Source: Candidatus Borrarchaeum weybense
GTDB taxonomy: Archaea; Asgardarchaeota; Sifarchaeia; Borrarchaeales; Borrarchaeaceae
NCBI GenBank assembly: GCA_019057385.1
Contig: JAHQJS010000005.1
Coordinates: forward strand, 1-64,000
DNA: 64,000 nucleotides
Reading direction: 5' to 3'
The position numbers and the translations under genes are program-made. Under the pieces are notes generated by a model. The model saw nothing but the letters and a program-made list of their open reading frames with translations, did no database searches and was not told the DNA's origin. Shown here in pieces: positions 10,501-19,091 of the stretch (position 1 is the first letter of the stretch; each line of letters begins with the position of its first letter).

Positions 10501-10972
10501 AGGTTTCCGATTTTCACATCCTACATCCTCTATTGCGGCGGGACCAAGTTGTACAGCTTACAAGACACTTGACAGTATGGAGAAAAAGGTTATTGCCCAA
10601 CTCAATTTAGCAAAGAAAATCCGTGCAGTGAACGCTAAAGATGTTGCAGAACGTGTATTCTCACACCATCTCCTTCGTGATATTGTGGGGTGTTTAAGAA
10701 GATTTGGTAGGCAGAAAGTAAGATGTACGACTTGTAACAGGAAATATAGACGAATTCCACTCTCCGGAAAATGTCTAAATTGTGGAGGGAAACTAATACT
10801 AACGGTTTCAGAAGGCACTGTTATGAAATATCTTGACTTAGCGGAAAAAATTGTAAATGGCCAAGATCTGGATTTATATCACAAACAACGTATCATTTTG
10901 CTTAAGAAGGCTCTAGAATCTTTGTTTGAAGATGATGCACCAAAACAAGTGAAATTAGGTGAATATATTTAG
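7514..10972 (+). CDS. polC: DNA polymerase D large subunit DP2 (no intein evident)
   Basis: GPIRAAGGT, RYGRARNTG, KDGTTRFD, HAAKRRNCDGDED catalytic motif, Zn-finger modules. Confidence 0.98.
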   Translation: MSDPLNSEYFKNIEENVEKSYELAKKAREKNLDPSPLPEIALANDLAARVEGLVGPKGVAQAIRQLQEKLEREEVAFQIAKDIVYEKFGKMSDEEGAEQAIRTALAILSSGITAAPLEGIAKVKIKKGADSKRYLSIYFSGPIRAAGGTETALTVLVGDFVRRLLHLDRYNPSSNEVERYIEEVDLYKRAVHLQYPSIDEEIRKAVEHLPVEVTGEPTEKIEVSGYRDIPSIETNRVRGGAILVLNDGILGKAHKLPKIVRKIGLEGWEWLKNLKELKSKKETDASDSKRMTSDKYLADVIAGRPVFAHPSRPGGFRPRYGRARNTGLAAVGINPATMEILDEFLATGTHVVTERPGKGAIVVPVDSIEGPTVRLKGGSVCSFNNIEEARSHIHDTEKILYLGDMLIAYGEFLENNHPLINSGYCEEWWVLELKNALMKSSLTKEDLCVRLNISPELLNQYIENPFSIYPKPIEAIKLSQLLKIPLHPRYTYLWHDILPEELNNLLEWLVQAKMEYNGEFCAEIRVINTDFTSKNILEKLCIPHSVGKDEIVISHHAPTLAYCLGFQKDITLEKIRSKFQTTPMMRDVLFIINTLSDIEVRSKAPIFIGGRLGRPEKSKARATSPPVHVLFPVGFNVGHNRNIVEIAKKGDVSLEIVRKECSSCHYTSFMNLCPRCGHQTATALKCPKCHTESQKNICPNCKTPIRGFETQKVSLQRILDEALRKTGVRNIEKVKGVKGLTSKFKQPEILEKGILRSKYGLYVYKDGTTRFDATDAPLSHFKPKEIKTSIEKLVNLGYTHDYMGNPLIDDDQILELKVQDIVIHDECGDYLVNVAKFIDELLVKVYEQPPFYNIVKKEQLIGHLAIGLAPHTSAGVIARIIGFTEAYVCYAHHYFHAAKRRNCDGDEDSILLLLDGLLNFSKKLLPEKRGGMMDAPLVLTVCLDPHEIDDESYTVDQVANYSLEFYQKTLDNVDPKDIEDIIDNVGHRLDSPALYAGFRFSHPTSSIAAGPSCTAYKTLDSMEKKVIAQLNLAKKIRAVNAKDVAERVFSHHLLRDIVGCLRRFGRQKVRCTTCNRKYRRIPLSGKCLNCGGKLILTVSEGTVMKYLDLAEKIVNGQDLDLYHKQRIILLKKALESLFEDDAPKQVKLGEYI

Positions 10973-10994
10973 AAGATGCAAGTTTTTGTTTTAA

Positions 10995-11388
10995 AATTAC
11001 CACGATAAGGAGACCCCTCCAAGTTGTTTGGAGGAGGAATTGTGTGTTTTTGTTTTTAGACATACTACCCTTTCTGCGGACACAGGGGTATATGCCCACG
11101 GGTGTTTTAATGACGGGTACTCTCAAGTCCCGTCGCTCCCAACACCAGGGAGTTGGTTCTCTTCGCCAAAGTAATCAGTCAGTACTATACGATGATCACT
11201 GAGAGTTTCCTCTCTGTTTAAACCACCGTTTACAGAGCAAGGGACTAGAGAAGCATCCCTTAGTATGTTCTTTAACTCTCCGGATAACGTAGATACCGCC
11301 ATGCTTTACCACAGCCTCTCTTAGGCTAATCAACCAATTACTCTCGTTCCTCACGGAACAAGCCCCCACTTGTTAGGGGGTGATTGAC
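10995..11388. mobile_element. Non-autonomous IS200/IS605 (IscB-type) mini-element with internally deleted iscB
   Basis: Hairpin ends cccctccaagttgtttggaggagg (~11014-11037) and CAAG-cccccacttgttaggggg-tgatTGAC (to 11388). Residual ORF 10902..11126(-) starts MRVPVI (IscB-like start) and runs into QFLL..RGLL (IscB-like end) with no PLMP/HNH/RuvC. Left boundary approximate. Confidence 0.78.
11140..11388 (-). ncRNA. HEARO / IscB omega-RNA scaffold
   Basis: Minus strand: GTCAATCACCCCC..GGGGGCTTG..GGTTGATTAGCCTAAG..CTACGTT..GGGATGCTTCTCTAGTCCC..GCTCTG..TTTAAACAG..CAGTG..TTGGCGAAGAGAACC, the ordered conserved blocks of HEARO RNA. Confidence 0.85.
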
Positions 11389-11826
11389 CTCATCGCTAAT
11401 ATACCTCCTCTTGTGTAATAACAAAGATCTCCGTCCCTCAATGGACACTTGAGATCCAGCAGGAGCCCTCATCGGTACTGTTTCTTGTGTACGCCCTTCA
11501 CGCCAAGCCAGACACCTGGGATATCGCATATTGTTATTGTAGTTAACTGCTATTTATGTTGATGGAGAACTGTGTGAAAGTGAAACAAGAAAAAGACGAA
11601 TCTCATCCCCGAGTAAAATCCTATTACTCTAGAAGAGATGAGGATTTTAGGAAGAATCATATAACTATATAAGTTCAGATTTACAAATAAACTATGAATC
11701 TTGCTTGAAAACTGGTGTTTAGCAACTCATATGGAGTTTTTCCATAAAACTAACTTACGAGTTGAAGAAAGCCTTACTTTAGTAAGGATAACTATTATTG
11801 AAATTAAATCTTTTTGAGGGATTCTT

Positions 11827-12681
11827 TTGGAGAAAGCTAGTGACATTATGACTAAAAATGTGGTCTGTGTAACAGTTCCAGGTACACGTGAAGATGTTCT
11901 GCAATTAATCCATGAACACAAGCATTTTGGTTTTCCTGTTGTTAAGAAAGAAGAAAACACGCTTGCAGGAATCATTACTAGAACTGATTTAATGCGAAAA
12001 CCAGATGAAAACCAGATAGCGCTTCTTATGACGCGTGATGTAGTTTCATTAAATAAAGACGCTTCTTTGAAAGAGATTGCTTCAACCCTCTTATCTAACC
12101 GAATTCGTCGTATACCGATAGTTGAGGATGATCAAATAGTAGGTCTCATTACGACTGCCGATATCGTACATAAAACTATCCTACGTGCAAATATCAGTGA
12201 TCCTATTGAGAAACATATGAAGAAAGAAGTTGTTTCTATTTACGAAGGCACCCCATTACCTGTTGCATTGACCATAATGGAATTAGCAAATGTTGAACTT
12301 ATGCCGGTTCTTAATGATGCATCGGAACTTTCAGGTGTCCTTAGTAAGGCGGACCTCTTTTCATCATCTGAAATTATTTCTGAAAGAAGGATCTCCAGCA
12401 TGTCTGCAGAAAGTGAAGGAGACTCATGGTCATGGGATGCCATCCCACAATTAGTAGTCACCAAAAAAGAACTTAGACTTCCTTCAAAACCAGTCTCTGA
12501 AATAATGATAAAAAATGTAATCTCAACATTTGAACAAACTCCTATTAGTGAATGCGCAAAATTAATGAGGAAACATGATATAGACCAAATACCCGTTACA
12601 ACTTTGAATGGCGAACTTGTTGGGATTATACGAGATACTGATTTACTTCAAGCATACTTTGATAAGATCTCTGAAATGTAA
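11827..12681 (+). CDS. CBS domain-containing protein (4 CBS repeats)
   Basis: Repeated 'hPVV....GhhT..Dh' CBS motifs. Confidence 0.9.
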   Translation: MEKASDIMTKNVVCVTVPGTREDVLQLIHEHKHFGFPVVKKEENTLAGIITRTDLMRKPDENQIALLMTRDVVSLNKDASLKEIASTLLSNRIRRIPIVEDDQIVGLITTADIVHKTILRANISDPIEKHMKKEVVSIYEGTPLPVALTIMELANVELMPVLNDASELSGVLSKADLFSSSEIISERRISSMSAESEGDSWSWDAIPQLVVTKKELRLPSKPVSEIMIKNVISTFEQTPISECAKLMRKHDIDQIPVTTLNGELVGIIRDTDLLQAYFDKISEM

Positions 12682-12849
12682 ATCCCAAAACAGATTCAAT
12701 GTTTTTTAAAGATGATTGAGGACACATCCTTTATTTGACCTATTGCCTTGCAGGGACATTTCTAATCGAAAGATTAAATAATCAAAAAGGTCTACCGAAT
12801 TCAATCTCTCCATAAATGAATGGATGTTGTTTCCTGCGGTGAAATAATA

Positions 12850-13980
12850 ATGAGAAAAATTGCACAAAATAGGTCTATAGTGCTTTTCTTCATGCTTTCC
12901 ATTTTACTAATTCAACTTACTGGCACTTTCATGTCACAGGATGTGTATGCTGATGAAAAAACAATTATCCTTTTTGATCAAGTTCATTTACAGTTTTATA
13001 CGTCGGAACGAATGCAATCAGCGATAACATCATTAAATAATACTGAAGATTTCATAGTTTATTTCAATGATCAACGTTTTACTGAAACATCACTTCTTGG
13101 CGTGGATATCCTCGTTATAGAAAATCCAGAACGATCCTTTTCTTTGCAGGAACGTTTAGTTTTAGTCGAGTATCTAGACAATGGTGGAAATATTTTCTTA
13201 CTGGCCGACCCTCGTGGCACAATTTCTAATCTGAATAATATCATAGATGCTGTTCAATATACAGATGGACGCTTTTCTCAACACGTTATTTTTGACGAAG
13301 AGTTCAATCAAAATAATATTTCCACACAAATCAGTGTTTCTCGTGAAGAATTGCGAGAAAGTAGCCCACTCACAAACGGTGTCAAAGAAATTATTACACA
13401 TTCAATTTCGATCGAAGATGACGATCCTAACAAAGTTATTGCAACAGGAAGCAACTATTCACTCGCAGGACTAGAAGGAAAAAGCCAACCAGCTTGGCTT
13501 GTTGCATCTACGGTTGGACGATCTCGAATTGTCCTATGTGGTTCCACAAGGATGTTTAGTGATGTTAAACCAAGTAAATCTGAAGTTACATGGTATCAAA
13601 CAAAAGATAATGCACGTCTTTGGCAAAATATCTTCTCATGGCTAGCTCAAAAGGAAATACCGCCCTCATTTCTAGGCACAACACTTCCACCTCCACTTAC
13701 TTTAATTATATCAGCTTTTATTGCAGGGATCGTGTTCATCGGTGGGGGTTTTAGTCTCTATTATCTACTTCAACAAAAAGAACTGAAGCCAGTATCGGAA
13801 ATATTAAGACGAAAGAAGAAAGCGGAGAAGTTAGAACCAACCCCAGAGGAAGAAATTGCGCAAATTGAAGGTGAGAAGGCCATTTCAATAGATGATGAAG
13901 AAATAATAACTGAAGAGAAACCTGCTCCTCCGAAAAAGAAGAAAAAGAGAAAAAAGCGGACATATAGAGTTCGTCGATAG
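12850..13980 (+). CDS. Type I membrane protein with GldG/IFT52 (DUF4350, GATase-like) extracellular domain and charged cytoplasmic tail
   Basis: Signal peptide; 'ILFDQVH', 'DILVI..P...FS..E...L..Y..NGG', 'N.RL..NI..WL'; C-terminal TM; acidic then poly-Lys/Arg tail. ORF track start is 12820. Confidence 0.65.
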   Translation: MRKIAQNRSIVLFFMLSILLIQLTGTFMSQDVYADEKTIILFDQVHLQFYTSERMQSAITSLNNTEDFIVYFNDQRFTETSLLGVDILVIENPERSFSLQERLVLVEYLDNGGNIFLLADPRGTISNLNNIIDAVQYTDGRFSQHVIFDEEFNQNNISTQISVSREELRESSPLTNGVKEIITHSISIEDDDPNKVIATGSNYSLAGLEGKSQPAWLVASTVGRSRIVLCGSTRMFSDVKPSKSEVTWYQTKDNARLWQNIFSWLAQKEIPPSFLGTTLPPPLTLIISAFIAGIVFIGGGFSLYYLLQQKELKPVSEILRRKKKAEKLEPTPEEEIAQIEGEKAISIDDEEIITEEKPAPPKKKKKRKKRTYRVRR

Positions 13981-14034
13981 ATCTTAGACCTCGATAACTA
14001 TCGCTAGAACATTTTCATATCTATGTTAAAACAG

Positions 14035-15396
14035 TCATTTTAGGATCTCAAATGTTTCCGTGTAAATACTTTCAACCTCAGTTTTCCATGCTTCAAGTTT
14101 TTCAGGAGAAGGATAATTCTGGAATAGTCCTTTGATTTCTTTCATTTTTGACGATATTTTTCTAAGTCGATTGATAAGTCCTAGTTTTCCAATGCCACTA
14201 AAGAGACGTTTCACCTTTTCGGTAAGGTTTAACACCAGATCTTCTCCTAAACTGGCACTCAAAATGTCTTCCTCTTTTAACAAGCGATGTTTCATCCCAT
14301 AGTTCAATTCATCATCAGGAGTGTGTTGTAAAAATAGACGAAAGATGTCTAGTCCAGCTTGTTTCGCACCATATTCTTTCATATAATCTATATTATACTC
14401 CCAAAGACCTCTTTCTGATAGATCGCCTTTCTCAAGAGCACGATCCACGTTAGTGGCTGCTAAGTATCCACCCATCATTGAAGGACCGATCCCGCCTCCA
14501 TGGATTGGATTAACCTGACATGCAGCATCACCCACTATTAACAAACCATTTGTCACCTGAGACCAAATAGGTCGTCTTGTTGGGACGAAACCGCCACCTT
14601 TATGCACTATTGTGGATTCTTCAAAAAGAGCGTCCTGTAATACATATGCATAAAGTTGTTTTCGAGGATGTGGGTTATTTGGTATATTCTGTACCCCTAA
14701 GCCTACGTTAACCCTTGTTATACTTTCTGGAAACACCCATACATATCCTCCAGGTGATATACTTTGTGTCAAATAAATTTTACAGAAGTTCGGATCTTCA
14801 ATCTCGTGATTAAGATCTCTTATTTCTCTAAAACAAACAATTACATCTTCATTTTGAACAGTTCGTTCTACGCTACTGTTGCGTAATTTTCTACGAATTA
14901 CTGCATTAACTCCACTTGCATCAATTATCACCTTTCCTCGAATTTCTTTTTTTTCTCCACTTTCTAACGAGCGTGTTAGTACACCAGCAACGTATTCTCC
15001 TTCATAAACAGGTGATATAACGGAGGTGTTATCTAAGAATTCCACTCCCGTGTCTATTGTAGCATTCAGTAACCTCTGACCGAATTTAAGACGATTTATC
15101 ATATAGCCTTTGATGCCTTCTCCCTGAATTTTTAATATAGTCTCTTTATCTGGGGAAATCACATCAATTCCATCTATATTTGCCTCGCATTCATCTTTTG
15201 TAGGGTAACGTAATCCTATTAGTTTGTTTAAAGTATCAAAATAATGTTTCCCGATAGCATCTCCGCAAACTTTGTCTCCTACGACCTCTTTCTTCTTTCT
15301 ATCAATTATTAAAACTTTATAGCCCTTCAATGCCAGTGTTCTTGCGGCTGTAGTGCCTCCTGTCCCTGCACCAACAACAATACAATCATAACCCAT
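14035..15396 (-). CDS. Geranylgeranyl reductase family FAD oxidoreductase (digeranylgeranylglycerophospholipid reductase-like)
   Basis: YDCIVVGAGTGG, KVCGD, PGGYVWVFP, VGDAA..VNPIHGGGI; ATG at 15396 preferred over the track start 15465. Confidence 0.9.
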   Translation of the reverse strand: MGYDCIVVGAGTGGTTAARTLALKGYKVLIIDRKKKEVVGDKVCGDAIGKHYFDTLNKLIGLRYPTKDECEANIDGIDVISPDKETILKIQGEGIKGYMINRLKFGQRLLNATIDTGVEFLDNTSVISPVYEGEYVAGVLTRSLESGEKKEIRGKVIIDASGVNAVIRRKLRNSSVERTVQNEDVIVCFREIRDLNHEIEDPNFCKIYLTQSISPGGYVWVFPESITRVNVGLGVQNIPNNPHPRKQLYAYVLQDALFEESTIVHKGGGFVPTRRPIWSQVTNGLLIVGDAACQVNPIHGGGIGPSMMGGYLAATNVDRALEKGDLSERGLWEYNIDYMKEYGAKQAGLDIFRLFLQHTPDDELNYGMKHRLLKEEDILSASLGEDLVLNLTEKVKRLFSGIGKLGLINRLRKISSKMKEIKGLFQNYPSPEKLEAWKTEVESIYTETFEILK

Positions 15397-15668
15397 ATGT
15401 TTCACCAAAAAATATTCATTCTGAAATTTCTGAGAAGGTACTAAATTTAGGATAAATATCATCAATATTTGCTCTGAAATAACCTAGCGAAAGGAAGAGT
15501 TGAGTATTTTTTAAGATTTTTCTAACACTTCCGAAGGTGCAAATTATCTTTATTATTTATGGTTCTTTTTAAAACTGAGTAGTTTTGCAACGCACATAAT
15601 TTTTAGATAAAACTAAAAATACCTCCTGCACGTAAACATTATCAGTATTTTAAAGGGGTGAAGAGTTT

Positions 15669-16298
15669 TTGAATCTAGAAAAAATAATTGAAAAGATAAG
15701 AGCGCGATTAGATGAACTAGACAAATACCGTGAGAAAGCCATTAAACTCTCAAGAGCTACAGTAAGACTATGTGGAGAATCTATTCGGGCGGTTCACACA
15801 CGCAACTACAACAAAGCCATTGATAAGAATAACTCTGCCATGGAAAAATTAGAAGAATTAAAAATGCTGGCAACAAATGCACCCGATTTTTTAAACTCAT
15901 ATCTAACTATTGCCTTTCAAGAGTATGTTGAGTCGAATGTATTATTGAACTTGATACAAAAAAATGATTTTACTTCACCAGACGAACTTCAAGTACCATA
16001 TGTGCCCTATTTACTTGGACTTGGTGATGTAATCGGGGAGTTACGAAGATTTGCTTTAGATGCATTAAGATTTAATAAAATTGAAGAAATGCAACGCATG
16101 CTTTCTTTAATGGAAAAAATATACTCAGAATTAATGTTTTTTGACTATCCAAAGGCGATTATACCCGGTTTAAGAAGAAAAACAGATATTGCTAGAAGTC
16201 TCGTTGAAAAAACACGAGGTGATGCTGCTACGGCTGTTCAACAGGAAAAACTGCTCGCAGAACTAATGAAGTTTAAAAAAACTAGTGAAGAAAAGTGA
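15669..16298 (+). CDS. Translin/Trax (C3PO) family RNA-binding endonuclease
   Basis: 'RE..IKLSR', 'QEYVE', 'YLLGLGDVIGELRR', 'LRRKTD'. Confidence 0.88.
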   Translation: MNLEKIIEKIRARLDELDKYREKAIKLSRATVRLCGESIRAVHTRNYNKAIDKNNSAMEKLEELKMLATNAPDFLNSYLTIAFQEYVESNVLLNLIQKNDFTSPDELQVPYVPYLLGLGDVIGELRRFALDALRFNKIEEMQRMLSLMEKIYSELMFFDYPKAIIPGLRRKTDIARSLVEKTRGDAATAVQQEKLLAELMKFKKTSEEK

Positions 16299-16590
16299 TC
16301 CTTAATAAAATGTACAAATTTCTTATTAGTATATGAAAATCAATGAAAAGATGTTTTTTATTTAAACTGGTTTTTTAACAACCATTCTACAATCATATAT
16401 ACTTTAAACTGTTTTCTTTTGGCGAGTTATATCATTATGCAAAGAAATCGAATTAGGCGGTAATTTATCTTTTTAGAGAAATATGTGGTGTTTAAATAGT
16501 AATTATAATTCGTTTTATCGAGGAATAAACCGTTATTTGACTTTTTAGCATGAATTTAGTAAAGCAATTTCTAACAATGAGGCGACGTGT

Positions 16591-17877
16591 GTGAAGGTAA
16601 TAGAAAAGGGAAGATCTCTCGATTATGAAACATATGAATTTATAAGAGATTGTGGCATCACCGCCATTGTTTTACTTAAATTTGATCTTACTATGGGACC
16701 ATATATTGCTTTTAAGGGATTATATGACCATAATGTGCCTATTATAGAAGCTTTAGATAATCTAGAATATCTCACGCAATTTTATATAGGAATTGCAGGA
16801 ACAGAAATGGATTTCCTTGAAAAAAATGGTGAACGGATTATTATTGCACAACAAACACATAAAATAGATGTTACCGATATTACTGATGCCATGCTAATTT
16901 GTATCGATCACTGGGTCTCGAAAACCGCTGCCCTTAAACTTGCTAATGAATTATTAAAGAAATCACACGCTGAACCTCATCGCCTTGAAGAAGAAATCAC
17001 TCATCTTAAAGAAACATCACCAAATTTGAAAGTTGTTTTGAAAAATACTCCTAGAAAGTTGACTCTAAAGCGCCCCTTACCAAAAAAAGTGAAAAAAAAG
17101 CAGAAAATAACTAGTATGATTGGATTTAACACGACGCCTTTTGCCGACTTTCAACAAAGAGAGTTCAACGAGATTGAATTGAAGTTACGTGCTTTGAAAA
17201 AATCAATGTTTTTTCTTCAGGTAAACCTGGAAAACCTTAACATAGCCCATTTCCTCGATGTGTTCATTTCTCATATTGAGTTGAACAAAGATACAACATT
17301 CTCCATTAATATAAGCAAAACGCAATCGAAATACGATTTAAATCTCACATTAGTTTTGCCCCCTAATCAAAGGAATTTCGTGGAACGCTTAGCAGCTGCC
17401 CTGTCTATGGCAGGAATTTCAGTCTCGATCGTGCGAGAAACCGCTCTTGAAGATAGTTGGATACTTCCTTTGGGAATTACTCACGACACCTCACTTAGAA
17501 TCTCAAGAAAACATAAAGACTACATCCAAGTACTCAGTTCACCAGAAAATTTCATTTCACTATTTAGAAGTACATTTTTATCATCTCTCACTTTGGCTAC
17601 ATTTCTCAACGCTCTAGAGACGATGCAAGTTACTGTTATATGTCAAGGGATCAAAGAAAATAAGGTTGCCGTCGAAATAATATTAGTAAAACTACACCAA
17701 GAAAAAGCAGAACTTGACAAATTCTGTTTGCCGAAAGAATTTTCTGAACATTTTGTTAAAGTAAGAGGAAGACGTGCTTTAATCAATGTCGTAAAGAACC
17801 TATTATTAAGGCATTGTACGAAAGGTATTAAAATCTCTTTACAAGAATTGACAGAATTCTTAGTTGGAGACAGTTAA
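16591..17877 (+). CDS. Hypothetical protein: N-terminal uDENN/longin-like domain plus C-terminal domain resembling the N-terminal domain of the 19092..22706 ATPase
   Basis: 'IVLLKFDLTMGP' motif; collinear similarity blocks with the neighbouring ATPase (see findings). Confidence 0.5.
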   Translation: MKVIEKGRSLDYETYEFIRDCGITAIVLLKFDLTMGPYIAFKGLYDHNVPIIEALDNLEYLTQFYIGIAGTEMDFLEKNGERIIIAQQTHKIDVTDITDAMLICIDHWVSKTAALKLANELLKKSHAEPHRLEEEITHLKETSPNLKVVLKNTPRKLTLKRPLPKKVKKKQKITSMIGFNTTPFADFQQREFNEIELKLRALKKSMFFLQVNLENLNIAHFLDVFISHIELNKDTTFSINISKTQSKYDLNLTLVLPPNQRNFVERLAAALSMAGISVSIVRETALEDSWILPLGITHDTSLRISRKHKDYIQVLSSPENFISLFRSTFLSSLTLATFLNALETMQVTVICQGIKENKVAVEIILVKLHQEKAELDKFCLPKEFSEHFVKVRGRRALINVVKNLLLRHCTKGIKISLQELTEFLVGDS

Positions 17878-17937
17878 TGAAAATAGCTGAAATAGAATAC
17901 CCATTTGTAACTAATAAAAAGGCGCATACTAAAGGCT

Positions 17938-18480
17938 TTAGTGATCACGTACATGTTTAAGAATATGTCCTGCTTCAGGGAGTATTAATCTTTGCATGGC
18001 TATTTTTACTGCATTTGGAGAACCAGGAAGACAAAAAATCACCTTATTCATAAATACTCCAGCTAATGCTCGGCTCAATATGGCTGCAGACCCGATCTCA
18101 TCGAAACTGAGTTTTCGAAATAGTTCACCAAAACCAGGCAGCGTTTTTTTTAGAAGAGGGGAAATCGCCTCAATAGTTACATCTCGAGTTGTAAGACCAG
18201 TTCCGCCAGAAAAAATCAGCAAATCTACATCATCTTTATTTCCATATTGTTTTAGAATGTCTTTGATATAACTGATTTCGTCAGGAACATATACTATTTT
18301 CACTACAGAGTGCTTATATTCCTCTGCTAACATTTTTATTAGATTTCCAGAAACATCATCAGTTTCGCCAGATGCTGTAAATTGATCATACCTTGAATCA
18401 CTTACTACTATTACACAAATTCTTAATTGTATAGGCATATCTTTCTTATGGAGAGATGCCGTTGGTGATTGTCCAGTCAT
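17938..18480 (-). CDS. moaB: Molybdenum cofactor biosynthesis protein MoaB/Mog
   Basis: VSDS..D.SG, SGGTGLTTRDVTIEA, PGFGELFR, LPGSPNA. Confidence 0.95.
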   Translation of the reverse strand: MTGQSPTASLHKKDMPIQLRICVIVVSDSRYDQFTASGETDDVSGNLIKMLAEEYKHSVVKIVYVPDEISYIKDILKQYGNKDDVDLLIFSGGTGLTTRDVTIEAISPLLKKTLPGFGELFRKLSFDEIGSAAILSRALAGVFMNKVIFCLPGSPNAVKIAMQRLILPEAGHILKHVRDH

Positions 18481-18929
18481 TCAACAGCCATCTCCCTCTT
18501 TATCTTTCTTACAACACGAATATCTTTCACTCGTGTGAGGGGATACTGCCCGTCATCATCCTTTTCATATTTTTTCACCATGTCCCAAATATTCAATAAC
18601 GCCGTTGCAGTAGCCATAAGTGCCTCCATCTCAACCCCCGTACGCCCTATACTCTTAACACGTCCTCTCGCTGTTATGCTGCTGGCACCTACTTCATATT
18701 CAACCGATACATTTGTTATTGGGATGGGATGACAAAATGGGATTAGTTCTGGTGTTTTCTTTGCAGATATTATTGCTGCAATCTCAGAAACACTAAATAC
18801 ATCTCCTTTGTCCACTTTTCCATCCTTTATCAACTGAATCGTTTCAGGACTTAAAATAAGTTCTCCCTCTGCTAAAGCCTCTCGATAAACTTCCGATTTT
18901 CTACCAACATCAACCATATGACTGTGAAT
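18477..18929 (-). CDS. moaC: Cyclic pyranopterin monophosphate synthase MoaC
   Basis: MVDVG.K, KKTPELIPFCHPI, TGVEMEAL, IWDMVK; start ambiguous (ATT 18929 or ATG 18917; track TTG 18944). Confidence 0.95.
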   Translation of the reverse strand: MHSHMVDVGRKSEVYREALAEGELILSPETIQLIKDGKVDKGDVFSVSEIAAIISAKKTPELIPFCHPIPITNVSVEYEVGASSITARGRVKSIGRTGVEMEALMATATALLNIWDMVKKYEKDDDGQYPLTRVKDIRVVRKIKREMAVE

Positions 18930-19091
18930 TAAAATCACCTCCAAGGAGGTCTGATACCTAACATATCCTTGTCGCTAAACATTGTATTATTAAATACTAT
19001 TTAAAATTCAGTCTAAATGATATTTATGAAGTTTTTTTATACTTTTGATAGATTAATGAAAAATAAATCAGAAAATCATAAACATTGTCAA

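Noticed and set aside
7514-10972. Intein in DP2 (also checked Cdc6 and Lhr)
   Set aside because: Protein lengths are normal and conserved motifs are contiguous; no C/S...HN splice junctions seen.
11388-11397. HEARO guide-proximal bases (cctcatcgct) match the right-end hairpin of the first tnpB element (24264-24273), suggesting inter-element targeting
   Set aside because: Only 9-10 nt match; a hit of this length is plausible by chance in a 64-kb window read on both strands.
11440-11500. Possible hammerhead ribozyme (GAAAC...CCGATGAG on the minus strand)
   Set aside because: The core is not CUGANGA, and no consistent three-stem arrangement could be built.
10902-11529. ORFs 10902..11126 and 11338..11529 as real proteins
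   Set aside because: They run through transposon ends and the omega-RNA scaffold. The first is only an iscB scar; the second has no recognisable features.
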